DNA of 64,000 nucleotides from Octopus vulgaris (Eukaryota), in NCBI GenBank assembly GCA_951406725.2, contig OX597823.1, positions 48,112,001 to 48,176,000 of the forward strand, read 5' to 3'. The position numbers and the translations under genes are program-made. Positions 41,698 to 56,196 of the stretch are shown one piece after another. The first letter of the stretch is position 1. Each line of letters begins with the position of its first letter. Under the pieces are notes generated by a model that was not told the origin of the DNA, did not search any database, and saw only the letters and a list, made by a program, of their open reading frames with translations.

Positions 41698-42310
41698 GTG
41701 TGTGTCTTCGTGTTGATTTTCCCGCCTAACAATTGTTTGACAACCCATGCGGGTATGTTAATGCCCATGTAACTTAGTGGTGTAGCAAAAGAGACAGATA
41801 GAATAAGTACTATTCTTTACAAAAATAAGTCCTTGGATTGATATGTTCGACCAGAAATCCTTTGAGGTGGGGCTCCAGCATGGTCGTAGTCAAATGACTG
41901 AAACATATAAGAAAATAGAGAATAAAAGAATATATACACATATGTGTGTGTGTGCATGTGCGCGCGCATGTTTATAATATATAAGTTTATTATATGAAAA
42001 GTTGACAGAATGAACTCGATGTTCCACCCTGGGCTGGGCTTTTCATCACAAACTGAAATATCCCTGGCTAGAGTAAAACCCAGTGATTTAATAAGCATAA
42101 CTATCCCCTCTACTCAAGATATTGAGTTGTGAGTCAGATAGTATTTGCTTTGCATAAATTGTATTTTAATATACTTTTCAACTCTTGCATTATGATATAG
42201 ATAACATATTTATATATGTGACTATACACACACACACACATATACATGTACATGCATACATGCATGAATGTATATATATATATACTTACACACACATACA
42301 TATATATATG

Positions 42311-42341
<31 letters not shown>

Positions 42342-43082
42342 ATGTCCCTATATGTATATATATTTATATTCTCAGCTGCATCTATTATATTTCAAAATAA
42401 ATGTGTGCATGACATACATATAAGGACTTCATATTCCTCAGAACATATTGAATGCCATTCAACATCTCCATGGATGATAATATTGTATATCTAACTACAC
42501 CTCATAACATACACCTAATACTGCAATATTTTGGGTTCCTCCACAACTCTTCTCACTTTCTTTCTCTCTCTTTCTCTCTCATTAGTTTCCTTTCTAATTC
42601 TCATGATTCTCAAGCTCTCTTTTTTCTCTCCTTCGTCTTGTCTCTCCTACTTTCTCTCCTTCTCCTTTCCCACTTACTCCCATTGTGATCCAGATTGTCT
42701 TTACTTGCAGTCCTTTTATGTCTTTCTCCAAATTCATTTTTACACTAAGCCTGCCAGGCACAAAGACATCATATATTACATATCTTTTCTATTTATTTTT
42801 TTCTCATATCTCACTGATTTCTTTTTTTCCTCTTTGGTAAAAGGTCTAACTCAAATATTGCATCTGCTTCCATTGCATTACTTGGCATTTTTATTATTTT
42901 CATCGTACACATTCTTTGATTGTTATTGTTTCACTTTGTATTTCCGCAATTTTTCTCTGTTTTACTTGTCTACATCATATTCCTTTATTTGACTTTTCCT
43001 TACTCCATATTCTTCTTCCTTGTATTTGTATGTTTCCATCTAATTTTCTGTTAATACATACACACCCAGAATTGCTGCAACA

Positions 43083-43136
<54 letters not shown>

Positions 43137-43240
43137 ATATAATTAATATAATATAATATAATATAATATAATTAATATAATATAATATAATATATTATAT
43201 TATATTTATATTACATTAATAATTAAATACATATATATAT

Positions 43241-43610
43241 ATAATTATATTAAGGAGGAAGGGTGAAAATAACCTATCCCTGACATGCTCAAAATGCTGA
43301 GGTACTCAAATATTACCCAAAACTCTAGGTTACATATACACAGGGCTGAAATCGGGCTTGTGAAAATAATATTAAAAAGACTTCACATTAATTGTGAATT
43401 GGGTCCAATTTCTGGATTAAAGCCATAAAGCAGGCTTTTTTCCTTGGACCCAATTCACAATTAATATGAAGTCCTAATATTTTTTTCACTAGGCTGATTT
43501 CAAACTTGTGTATATATAATCTGGAGTTTTTGGTAGTATTTGAGTGCCTCAGCATTTCCAGCATGTTGGAGATAGGTCGTTTTCACCCTTGGTCTCTTAA
43601 TATAATTATA
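43241..43610. repeat. Foldback element (~165-bp arms, ~35-nt loop) in a TA microsatellite
   Basis: Arms reverse-complementary throughout, e.g. ATTAATTGTGAATTGGGTCCAA / TTGGACCCAATTCACAATTAAT. Confidence 0.85.
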
Positions 43611-44220
43611 TACATATATATATATAATTATCAATCTAATGTATAAATTACTTATAAATTTTTCATAGCATCCTGACTACCTGATAAAAATCTTTAACAT
43701 GATTTTATCCTTATATTCTATATATATATTCTTTTACTTTTTCAGTCATTAAATTGTGGCCATAGTGGGGCACTGCCTTCAAGAAACTTGTGTTGATTGA
43801 GTTGCCCCCAGTACATATTTTTTAGCTTGATATCTATTCTATTATTCTCATTTGCTGTACTCCTAAGTTGCACTGATATACATATGTGTAGTTGTTAAGG
43901 GTACGTAGCCTAGTGGTTAGGGTGCTGCAATCATGATCACAAGATCGTAGTTTCAATTCCTGCACCAGGGTGTAAGTTGTGTTCTTGAGCAAAACACTTC
44001 ATCTCATGTTGCTCTGTGATCACTTCAACACCTGATGTGTAATACATGGTAATCCTGTTTGTGCAACATCAATTTTGATGGAAGGAGTAAACTACTGCAC
44101 AGCACATACATTTATTTGATCACTATAAACTAAATATTTGTGTTGGTTGATCGGTAAGAAATCGGTGGGCTGTCTTTTTCAGACTACAAGAGAAAACCAT
44201 CATCATCATATATGTGTTTG

Positions 44221-44267
<47 letters not shown>

Positions 44268-44405
44268 CGGAGATGTACTCGCATAGCAAGTGATTTGATC
44301 TGAGATCGTGTGCTGAAACGAAAACAATTGCAGCATGGAAGGTGTTTGTAAGCTATTTAAGAAACACACAAAAGCCGTTCGATTCACTTCAACATTTAAG
44401 TTTAA

Positions 44406-44455
44406 TTTGTCAAAATATTTTCGTCGCTGAAATCCGCGACCTGTTCACTGACAAA
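44406..44455 (-). ncRNA. Hammerhead-like RNA with G3:C8 swapped core
   Basis: Minus strand: TTTGTCA-GTGAACA-G-GTCGC ggatttca GCGAC-GAA-AATATT-T-TGACAAA. Confidence 0.7.
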
Positions 44456-44597
44456 AATCCGTGCTTATATATATAGATATACACACACACATATATATAT
44501 ACATATATATGTATATATATATATATATATGTGCGTGTGTGTATATATATATATATACATATATATACATATATATGTATATATGTATGTATATATA

Positions 44598-45861
44598 TTG
44601 GGTTGGCAACTAAGTTTCCGTTGTTTTTTTAAATTTTGGAATCTATTTTTTGGAGAATTCTATTTTTTAATCATTTTGGAATCTACTTTGTTTTTTTTTT
44701 CTAATTAATTTTAATTAATTTTTGTTTATTTTCAGATCATTAAAATGATCAAGTTAAGAAAAATAGGCATTTTCGACTCCTTCTTTTTGCTTTTAATCAA
44801 GGTTCTAAGGTTGCAAAAGCTGCTTGTGACATTTGTGCTGTGTATGGTGAGGGTGCCATAGCTGAAAGAACTGCTTGTGATTGGTATGCCAAGTTCAAAA
44901 ATGCAAATTTTGACCTCAAAGATGTCCCTCATTCTGGCCATCCAGTTAAGTTCGCTGAGAGCGATTAAACCAACTTTTGCATGAAAATTCTCATCAAACG
45001 ACAAGGGAACTGGCAGAGAAAATGGAATGCTCCCACACTGCTATTGAGAAGCATCTTCACTCGATGGGAAAGGTTCAGAAGTATGGAGCATGGGTTCCAC
45101 ATGCTTTAAATGACAACAACAAAAATCAACGAGTCACAATCTCTGCTGGTTTGCTTGCTTGTCACCGCTCAACTCATGGACACAAGCAACGATTTCTTTA
45201 CTGCATCGTTACTGGCAATGAAAAATGGTGCCTGTACATCAATATAAAGCAGCGTAAGGCATGGCTTAGCCCTGATAAACAAGCGACACCTTGCGTGAAA
45301 CAAGATCTTCATCCGCGTAAAATAATGTTGTGTGTATGGTGGGACTGGGAAGAGATTATCCATTAGGAATTGCTTGAACAGAACCAAATGGTCAATACAA
45401 AACTCTATGTTCAACAGATGGAATGACTCAACATGGCTATTAAAGAGAAAAGACCTAATCGGCAGCATGAAGTTCTTCTGCTACACAACAACACCTGCCC
45501 TCATATCGCCAATATGACGCAGAAAGCCATTCAAACGCATGGGTGGGAAGTGCTGCCACACCCCCTGTACTCTCCTGATTTGGCATCAACAGATTTCAAC
45601 CTCTTTCAATCTCTTTCAAATGCTATGCGCAGAGTTTCAATCAGTACTGATGCAGAATTGAGAGCTTGGTTGGATCAATTTTTCGAGTTGAAATCAGGTG
45701 ATTTCTACCAACGAGGTATTGAACATCATGTTGAACATTGGGAAGAAGTTGGAAACAACAAGGATGAACACATTATTGATTAATTAGTTGTTATTTTTTT
45801 TATTAAACCTTTTAAAAAATGTAAATTTAAAAAGACGGCAGGAACTTAGTTGCCAACCCAA
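44598..45861 (+). mobile_element. Full-length but inactivated mariner (DD34D) transposon
   Basis: TIRs TTGGGTTGGCAACTAAGTT / AACTTAGTTGCCAACCCAA in a TA run. Transposase motifs WVPHAL, VTGNEKW, HNNT, YSPDLAxTDF, interrupted by stops and frameshifts. Confidence 0.95.
44744..45783 (+). pseudogene. mariner transposase pseudogene
   Basis: ORF pieces 44977-45366 and 45433-45783 plus upstream HTH region; two catalytic Asp residues changed to Asn. Confidence 0.9.
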
Positions 45862-46489
45862 TATATATATATATATATATATAATAACAATTTAGCAAAT
45901 AAAACATATGCCAAAAAATAGCAAAAAATGCATTAAAAATGGAAAAAATATGATGGTAAATTTTTTTTTAAATCGTTGACTCATCGTAGACATTTTTAGA
46001 GAGTTACTTCCCTTATATAATAGCGAAAAAATGCATTAAAATGGAAAAAAAACGATGGTAAATTTTTTTTTAAATCGTAGACTCATGTAGACGCTTTCTT
46101 AGCCATTTCTGTTTTGGTGTCTTCAAGCCATGAAGTCGTTGTTCTAAAAGAACGCTGGTCTCCTTGACAACGCATTACGACGTTGATTTCCTTACACTCC
46201 CTTCCCCACAGGTGCAGGTGTGAGCGTGGACGCCAACTCCACCGCCATCGACACACGAAAAATTATGCATTAAAATGGAATAAAAAATTATGTTAAATTA
46301 TTTTTAAAATCGTAGACTCATCGTAGACGCGCGTTAATACTCAGACGGGCTCGATATGAATCACGACTATAAGCTACCCGAATTTGGTTAAACTGCACCG
46401 CAAAATGTGGGAGTAGTTAGGAATCTAAATCGAAGGGGACAGACACTCACACAACTACAGTTTTATATATATAGATATACATAGCGCAG

Positions 46490-47085
46490 TAGTGGTGAGA
46501 TGTGACAGCAAAGAAAAGCATACATTCACTCTCTGCATGCAATTAGACTCGGAAAGTTCGTGAGGAACCCATTGACCCAATTTGCTGACTTTTCCGATAG
46601 CACACAGGTCTCAATGAATGGTTGAATGACCAAATCCAAACTTCTCTGCTAGTTCCTCAACAGTTACGATGAGATTTTGTTCCACCAGGGTTTTCAGGAT
46701 GTCCTTGTCGAGTTCTACAGATCTTTCAGGATGAGGCTCGTCTTCTAGGCTGTAGTTTATGGCTCGGAATTTCTGGAACCACCATTGACACTGCCTTACG
46801 CTTATTGTCCAATCCCCATATACTGCATTAATATTTCTTGTACTTTCCGTTGCGTTGTTGTCTTTATTGAACTCATAAAGCAAAATATGCCAAATATGCT
46901 CCTTTGTTACTTCCAACATAGCTTTGAAAAAAATAGCTGTTAAAATCGAAATGCACTCTTCAAAACTTGCACTATGAATAAGGACAAGATAAAATTACTA
47001 CCTGCTTTTATAGCAAGTTAATATAAGTAGTTTATCCCATTCCCCTCTGACTTTTAGTTCAAGCTGTTGAAAAAACCGCATTATT
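46490..47085 (-). mobile_element. 5' half of a second mariner family
   Basis: HIWHILLYEF...INAVYG...QWWFQKFR...WVPHEL on the minus strand. Confidence 0.9.
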
Positions 47086-47779
47086 ATATATATATACATA
47101 CATACATACATACATATACACACACACTCTCTCACACACATGCACACATTTATATTCTGTTATTCTTTTATATGTTTCAGCCTTGAGGTTGTGGCCATGC
47201 TGGATCATGTGTGTGTGTGTGTGTGTGTGTCTATCTGTCTGTATGTATGTATATATGTATATGTATGTGTGTGAATAATAATATTTTCAACAGATGTGTT
47301 GCAAATGTATCTGATTGTTCTCAAGCTTCAAATTTACTCTCTTCCAAGAACATTTTCACTCACTCTTATTTGTTAGCTTCCCATACATTTTACTCGTGTA
47401 TCTATCAGCGTTCATGGACAGCAACAAATATTACATCTAGTTTCATTTTATTCGTTACACAGTGTGTGTGTGCGTTTGCGTGTGCTGTAAACCAGACTAA
47501 GAAAAGCATTTGACACACACACCAGAATGTGAGTTTTCTGTAAATTTTGCTTAATTGGAGTTTAAATTTTAAAAACTGGAGCTGGCATGACGCGATGCAT
47601 TGTACTCTTAAAATTGCTAGGTAAATTGTAATTGAAGAAATCCTATATTGTAGATTTGTATAACTCCCAAAGGGAGGCAGATAAAATCTGCCTTTTATAA
47701 TAAGAGATAACAATTTAGCAAATAAAACATATGCATACATACATATATGTACATACCTACATCTATATGTATATATACA

Positions 47780-47813
<34 letters not shown>

Positions 47814-47967
47814 AGTACAGGGTATCACAAATAAACGTAGAACACAATGAGAAACGAAAACATAAAAACAAACAAGGAAACAGACTTTTTTTAAACAACG
47901 GAAAAACAGGATACAAGACAAACAATACAAGGAATATTCCCCTTCATCAGCTGCCCCTGGTTCGACT

Positions 47968-48530
<563 letters not shown>

Positions 48531-49025
48531 AATGCAGCCAAATGGCAGGATTGTTAAAGCATTATTGAAATTACTTTGGAAGAATCATTTTGACTTTTTG
48601 CAAGTCAAGTTCAAATTCTAGCAAGGTTAAATTTACCTTTCATCCTTTCAGTAACGATAAAGCTCCATTCTTTTTTTTTTTTTTTTTCTGTCTCATTCAT
48701 CCTTTCTGTTCTGTCTGCCCCTCTTTTTCTGTGTTAAGGAAATTAGGTACAGTTGACCTACCTGCCTGGAGAGAAATGGGCTCTGCCAGGTCTCCGAAAT
48801 GCCCAAGGCACAGCTTATGTTACAACAGTACCTCTCTGACACCATTGAGGATTTGAGGGCCCAAGGCAAGTCATGTATTTAGGTGAAATATTTATGTATA
48901 TACATGCATGTGTGAGTGTATGTAAGTACATGTGTAAATATATATATATACATACATACATGCGTACATACATACATATATCAATATACACACGTGTGTG
49001 TGTGCATATATTGATACATGTCTGT

Positions 49026-49084
<59 letters not shown>

Positions 49085-49161
49085 TTTTCATATATATGTA
49101 TGCATGTATGTATGGTGTGTTATCCTGCTATTGGTGGAATCAACAATTTTGTGTGTATGTA

Positions 49162-49257
<96 letters not shown>

Positions 49258-49332
49258 TGCATATACATATACATATACATATATATATATATATATATAT
49301 AAATATGTATGCATATGTATATACACACAGAC

Positions 49333-49367
<35 letters not shown>

Positions 49368-49712
49368 TGTGTGTATATTAATGTTTGTATGTATATACGT
49401 ATGTATGTATGTATGTATGTATGTACACACATATTGAGAGAGAGAGAGAGATGTGGGAGAGAAAGAGGGTGAGTTTGTGAGAGGAAAAGAGCTGTTTAAG
49501 TTTGCATTGCATAAGATTACAGTAGTTGCTACAACCACTTGCAGACAAGAGTGTCTGACACTTCAACTAACAAAGTTCACTTGAACAGCATCAGTTTAAA
49601 AGGCTCTGCTAACAGAACAGCCTGCTAGTTGGCCTTTACTCAATTAACTCTCTGCATCACTTAGCTATACTGATATTTTGCAATTTGATTTTTGTGTTGG
49701 TTTTTTTTTTTC

Positions 49713-49731
49713 CTTTCTTTCTTTCTTCCCT

Positions 49732-49792
<61 letters not shown>

Positions 49793-49830
49793 TTCTTCTT
49801 CTTCTTCTTCTTCTTCTTCTTCTTCTCTCA
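49713..49830. repeat. (TTTC)n-(TTC)n polypyrimidine tract
   Basis: Direct inspection. Confidence 0.95.
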
Positions 49831-52637
49831 AATGATCAATCAGAACAACAATCAATAAATCAATTTCTCCCTCTCTGTGTCTCTCTCTCTCTCCATCTCT
49901 CTCTTACCCTTTCTTTTTTATTTATTTATTTATTTTTTTATTTATCTATTTATTTATTTATTTATTTATTTTTTATTTATCTTTTTGTCTCTCCTTCCTA
50001 TTTTCACTGGCACTTTCCTTCTCCTTTGCTTTTATCATTCTTATTCTCATTCTTCCTTATCAGCTCACGGATTTTCTTTCCCACCCCATCCCACCCCTTC
50101 TCTCGCTCTCCCTCTCTCTCTCTCTCTCTCGTTTCTTTAAATATTTATGATTTTCTTCTGTTCACCTTACACTATTGCCCTTTCTTTTTCTTACTGCTCT
50201 ATCCTCGTTCTTCCTCTGTTATGAGGCTGAATCTGCCCTCTAGTTGTTTATTTGATAGATTAAAGAAACAAAAGTTCTAATTATTTTTCCTTCCCTCCCT
50301 CCTTTCCTTTCCTTTCCTCCCTCCTTCCTCTCTTCCACTTTCTCTTTTTTTTCCTCCCACTCTCTCTCTCTCTCTCTCTATCTCCTTCAGTTACTCCCTC
50401 TCTCTCTCTCTCTTTCTCTCTCTCCACCCCCACCCCCGCCGCCCTTGAGAATCAAATCCTGTTCTCGTCAGAATTAACAAAATCTGCATTATTCTAGAAA
50501 AATGTCTGCAGCAAAAACAGCAATGATAATACGAAGAAGAAGAAGAAGAATTGAAACAGCGAATGCAATGCAGTATTACTGATACATTGAGAAATATTTC
50601 CAAGCGAACAAGGATGAAAAATAAAAATAAACGCCAGAGAAATCTGTATCACTCAATAATCCTTTTCTCTCCATCATTTACTGGGGGAAACTTAACTCCA
50701 AGGTTGTGCAGTGCAAAATGCAGTTTATTTGTATGTTTTTGAAACATTCAGTCTTGCTATAATCTTTGCTAAATTAGAGGGGTTTTTTTTTTTTTTGTTT
50801 GTTGTTGTTTGTTTTTGTCAATCTTTCAATCTTACTAGCAAATTTCTATTCGGTTCTCTCGTAGAATTGTTGTCTTTAAATAGCTTCAGCTGCTAGACCA
50901 TGGTACCAAGATAGACAGCTGAATAACTAAAGAATAATCTACAAAGTGTGATAAAAATTTTGCTTCCCCGACCACACGCTTTTGGGTTCAGTCTCACAGT
51001 ATAGCACCTTGGCCAAGTGTCTTCTGCTATAGCCTTGGATCAACCAAAGGCTTGTGAATGAATCTGGGAGATGGAAACTGAAAGAAGTTCATTACATACA
51101 TGTATGTGTGTGTGTGTTTGTGTGTGTGTCTTTGTGATTGTGTTTGTCATCCACCACCACTTGACAACTGATGTTACTTTGAACCAGTTAATGCTATAGC
51201 CTTGGGTCAACCTGAAGTCTGCAGTAGTTTCATGGAAAGCACCAAAGACAGCAATGGAGACACAAAGACACACACAAACAAATATATATATATATATAAT
51301 ATATGTTAGGAAGGGCATCCAGACGTTAGGAAGGGCATCCAGGCGTTAGGAAGTGTATCCAGGTGTTAGGAAGGGCATTAGGAATGGCATCCAGCCATAG
51401 AAACATTGCCAGATCAGACTGGGCCTGGTGCAGCCTTCTGGCTTCCCAGACCCCAGTTGAACCGTCCAACCCATGCCAGCATGGAAAGCGGCCGCTAAAC
51501 GATGATGATGATGTATATATGTGTGTGTATGTATGTGTTCATGTAATGCTTCTTTCATTTTCCACTTACCAAATCAACTCACAAGGCTTTTGTCAGTCCA
51601 AGACTATAAAAGACAACACCTGCCCAATGTGCTGGGTAGTGGGACTGAATCAAAGACCACGTGGTTGGGAACTGAGCTTCTTAACCACCCAACCCCACCT
51701 GAACCAATGATAGAGATAATGAGCCATTGACGAAGGAAAATAAACTCTCTGTTTCATATTAAAAAATCTCTTGATATTGTTTCATATTAACAAAATCTCT
51801 TGATAACGTCATTTTAAACATTGACATGTCAGTAGAAAACTAATGATGTTCAGTTCCATTATCAAAATATCAGAAGCTTAAATGATATTCCTTTTGAGAA
51901 AACAGCATCAGCAAAATATACAGCTGAAACTTAACTCAACCCTCAAACAAACTCCTCCCAACTCTGTTGCCGCTGTTTAAAACCTGCTGAAGATATTTAG
52001 ACTCACCTGTTGTTGATTCAGCCACATCACACTTCTCTGTAATGATGGTGGTGGTGATGGTGGTGGTGGTGGGGAGTGTGAGGGGTGTATAAGGACCAGT
52101 GGGCCATCATAGCTCTACTAACTCATGATGACACATCACCTCTACCTTTATCTTACAACCATGAGTAAATTTACAACATTACTGTTTTAATTTTTGCAAA
52201 TAGCAATAATAAATAATTTTATAAAAATACACATCTACCATATCCACTCACAAGACTTTGATTGGCCAAAGTTTGTAGTAGTATTTTCTGTAATTTTGTT
52301 ACAGCTCATTAAGTTCCTTTATTGTATGTGTCTGTGTATATAAATATATATATAAACACGCATGGCTTAGTGGTTAGGGTGTTGCACTCACGATTGTGAG
52401 ATCATGGGTTCGATTCCCTGACTGGGTGTTGCATTGTGTTCTTGAGCAGAGCACTTCATTTCACGTTGCTCTGCGATCATTTCGACATTTGACATATGGC
52501 ACACGTTACACCTGTACAGGTAATCTCAATCTGATAGAGGGAGTGAGCTTATGTGTACACAAACATTTGATCACTATAAACAGTAAGAAATTGTCAAACC
52601 CTCATATGTCATCTAACAACGGGAGAGTTCATCATAT

Positions 52638-52690
<53 letters not shown>

Positions 52691-52889
52691 TACACATATA
52701 CTCATATATATATATATATATATGCATGCAATATCAACTCCTACCATCTGAATATTGGAAAAGCATTACCTGTATCATAATGATTTGCACTGGGTATCGA
52801 AATGCCAACATCATGTCTGCTGCTCAATGCCCTGAGGACACTGTAAAGGTTGTAAAACCTAACATGAACAGCTGAGACTATGAAGCTGT

Positions 52890-53360
52890 GACCAGTATGA
52901 AGGCATTCTGAGTGTGTCCACATGCCAGAATTAATTCAGCAACTGCAATACAGAGCCTTATGGTCAATTCAGATGATTATGTGAAGCTACTGCAGATTGT
53001 GGTGAAACCCTGACTAGAGGGGGTTGCTACTAGAAGGCTCTATGTATGGCAGTAGGATTCAGCTCCTTGCCATATCTCCAGAAAGGGTCAGAAACGGTTG
53101 GTCAGAAATTTGTACAACTTCACCTGCCCCAATTCCTGGCCTCCTTATTCCTTTGGTTGTAATCTCATGGATTACTATATGAGGAACTCAGTTAAGAAAG
53201 ACAAAAACCACTCTGCCTTCAATACCAAGGCCAAGCTGGTGGCCAAGATCAAAGAGGTATTCAAAGACTTTCCCAGGGACACAGTGAATAATGCATGTGC
53301 CAGGTTCCAGAGCTGTCTGGAGGCCATGGCGGAAGCTGAGGGTGGCTACATTCAGTAAAA
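52890..53360 (+). pseudogene. Tc1/mariner superfamily (DD37D/maT-like) transposase C-terminal remnant
   Basis: Q*DSAPCH...WPPYSFGCNLMDYY...NNACARFQSCLEAMAEAEGGYI, resembling QQDxAPxH / WPPxSPDxNPxDY. Confidence 0.75.
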
Positions 53361-53461
53361 TGTTTATTGGTAGTTTTGGATATTTTAAAATGCATTTATT
53401 AACAGACAGAGTGTTGTGTTTGCTTTTTCTTTTATGGAAACTGTCATTTTAGCCTGAATGT

Positions 53462-53995
53462 CTGAGACATGGGCTCTGAATGCAGAGAACATGTAAAAGT
53501 TAGAAAGATATGAGGCTAGTATGTTCTGCTCGATGTAAAATGCATGTGTACATGTTCAACTGGTTGATAGTACTTTGGGAGAGAAGTTAGGCATACGAGG
53601 AATTGATTGCTGTGTGCATCAGAGAAGATTGCACTAGTTTGGTCATGTGATGCAGATAGATGCTGACAGCTCCATAAAGAAAAGCCAATCTCTGGCAGAA
53701 GATGGAACATGCAGAAGTGGGAAACCCAGGAAGACATAGGACAAAGTACTGAAGAATTACCACAGGATGCTGAACCTTTCAGGTGAGATGACAAAGAGCT
53801 GAGATGTCTGGCACCTTGCTGTACTCCCACAGCAGAAATGGTAAGGCTGGTTTGGCTGGTGGTGAGGAATGACTTGCAAGGGTCCTGTGTCAGTGCTGTA
53901 AAAAGCACTCACGGCAGTACCACATAGAAGTGCTTGGGAAATGCCACATAAAAGTGGCCATGTGGTGTCACGTAAAAGTACCTGTGCAGTGCCAC
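53462..53995 (+). mobile_element. RTE LINE 3' fragment (RT C-terminus + UTR repeats)
   Basis: ETWALN..KLER..RRLH*FGHVMQ..GKPRKT*D..VW; followed by degenerate GGTGCCACATAAAA units. Confidence 0.85.
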
Positions 53996-55585
53996 CTAAA
54001 TATATAGGTAAATAGATAGAGCTTTAAATGTGTGTGTGTGTGTGTGTGTATATATCAATGTATATATATGTATGTATACATAAGCATTTACATATATATG
54101 CATATATACATCTATGATTACATATATATACATATATATATTTATATATACATATATATAAGTATATATACATATATATATATATATGTCTATATATATA
54201 TTTGTGTGTGTGTGTGTATATATATATATATGTGTGTGTGTGTCTGTGTGTGCATATGTATGCATTTGTGTGTATATTTCTATGAGTGTGTTGTGAGTAT
54301 GCATGTGGTTATGCATTTAGCACTGAGTTTGAGGCATGTCTAAGGCAGAGCAATAAAAATTACTCGACTCTTAACAATTGTTTACTAGTTTCACTGACTC
54401 CATTGATGAACAAGCAGCATTAAGCACCATGTTATGATTTCAGACGGAATATATAATGACGCAAGTTCTCTGAACTATTGAAAGACCATGAGTAATAGGA
54501 AATGATAGCTTTTTTTTTACTTGTAAGGTAAGGAAATAGCTATTTGATTGGTTAGCAAGACACAAACCACTAAGAACATCTTAAGAACAAAGATAATTCC
54601 TCAGAAATGTAAAAGTACAAAATTCTGTCACAGAAGGAAAACGAATGGGAGAATGTTTCAATCTCATGAAGCGTTAGAAACAATGCTTCTAATTATCAAG
54701 AAGATCATTTGTTTCTAAAACACTAGAAACTAATAAGTCATAACTTAGGTTTCACACAAAATTAATTTTGGAAAGGAATTGAGTGTAATGCTAAGTCATT
54801 TTTTTTGTTGTTTTTTTTTTTTTTGTTTAGGGATCCGTAGTTCTTCAGTAAGGAATTTTCAGTTGTGGTCATATCTAAACCATATAGTTTGACCCTTTAG
54901 TGTTCAGTTCAGGTTACTCTGTCAAATGCAGTCTTTTATGTTTTATATTTTACTTGTTTCAGTCATTTGACTATGGCCATGCTGGGGCACCACCTTGAAG
55001 GAATTTAGTCAAACAAACCAACCCCATGACCTATCTGTTCTTTTTTAAAGCCTGGTACTTATAGTATCAAACATCTTTTTGGTGAACTGCAAAGTTATGG
55101 GTACATAAACACAGCAACATCAGTTGTCAAGTGGTGGTGGAGGGGGAAATATACATAAAGATGCACACACATAGATATATAAATATATATTTCTGCACCA
55201 ACCCTTTCCTTGTCATCGTTCCTCCTTACCCAACCTTCCCCACTGGTGCTTCCCTTTATTACCTGCACCCCCCCACTATCTCTCCCTCTCTTTCCACTGG
55301 TGGAACCTTTCTCAGCTAAACCCCCCAACTCAACTCTAGAAAAAGCTCGAACCGATCGTGACCGATGCCGGACCCCCCGGCCCCTGTGCAGGTGGCACGT
55401 AAAAAGCACCCAATCCACTCGCGGAGTGGTTGGCGTTAGGAAGGGCATCCAGCTGTAGAAACTCTGCCAGATCAGACTGGAGCCTGGAGAGGCCTCTGGC
55501 TTCCCAGACCCCGGTCAAACCGTCCAACCCGTGCTAGCGCGGAAAACGGACGTTAAACGATGATGATGATGATGATGATGATGAT

Positions 55586-55961
55586 ACAAGCAAAACGCCC
55601 CCCCCCCGTCCAATGGACGGTGCTGAGTTGTCAAACATTTAGACCAAATTTTCTCAAAACAACTTGTCCGACCGTCCCATAGGCCTCCTCTTTGAGAAAC
55701 ACTGATTTAACCTAAATTTGAGACACCCGCAAAAGAAGAAATAAAGATAGACTTTTTTTCTATTCCAAAGAAAAACGATTTCCCACGGCTTTATCGATTG
55801 CAATTTCACCTGGAAGCGATTTTTGTAATTTTTTCAAGACTTATACATGCCCTGATACCATCGGTATGTACATATCAAATTTGAGTGCAATTGGATGGAG
55901 GATGCCCGAGATCCTAGAAGCTACACACACACAGACAGACAGAACGGATTTTATATAAGAT
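55586..55961 (+). mobile_element. Non-autonomous Helitron-like element
   Basis: 5' hairpin CCGTCC-aat-GGACGG; 3' end ACAGACAGACAGA..TTTTATATAAGAT. Similar 3' ends at ~46380-46476 and ~47520-47708. Confidence 0.55.
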
Positions 55962-56134
55962 ATATATATATATATATTCCAAGAAAGTTAGTGGTTGTGA
56001 ATCCAGCCAACTAAGGGATAATATCTATCCAATATACTACCGGTAGAATACCCAATTATTAATACACAAGTGTTTTTTATTGCATTGCAATTACATTGCC
56101 GAGTATACTAAATGGGTGAAGGTAAAGAGATGTT

Positions 56135-56196
<62 letters not shown>

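Noticed and set aside
50420-50900. Possible promoter or first exon (CT tracts, CCCCGCC box)
   Set aside because: Only a single GC box with no linked ORF; cannot be supported without transcript data.
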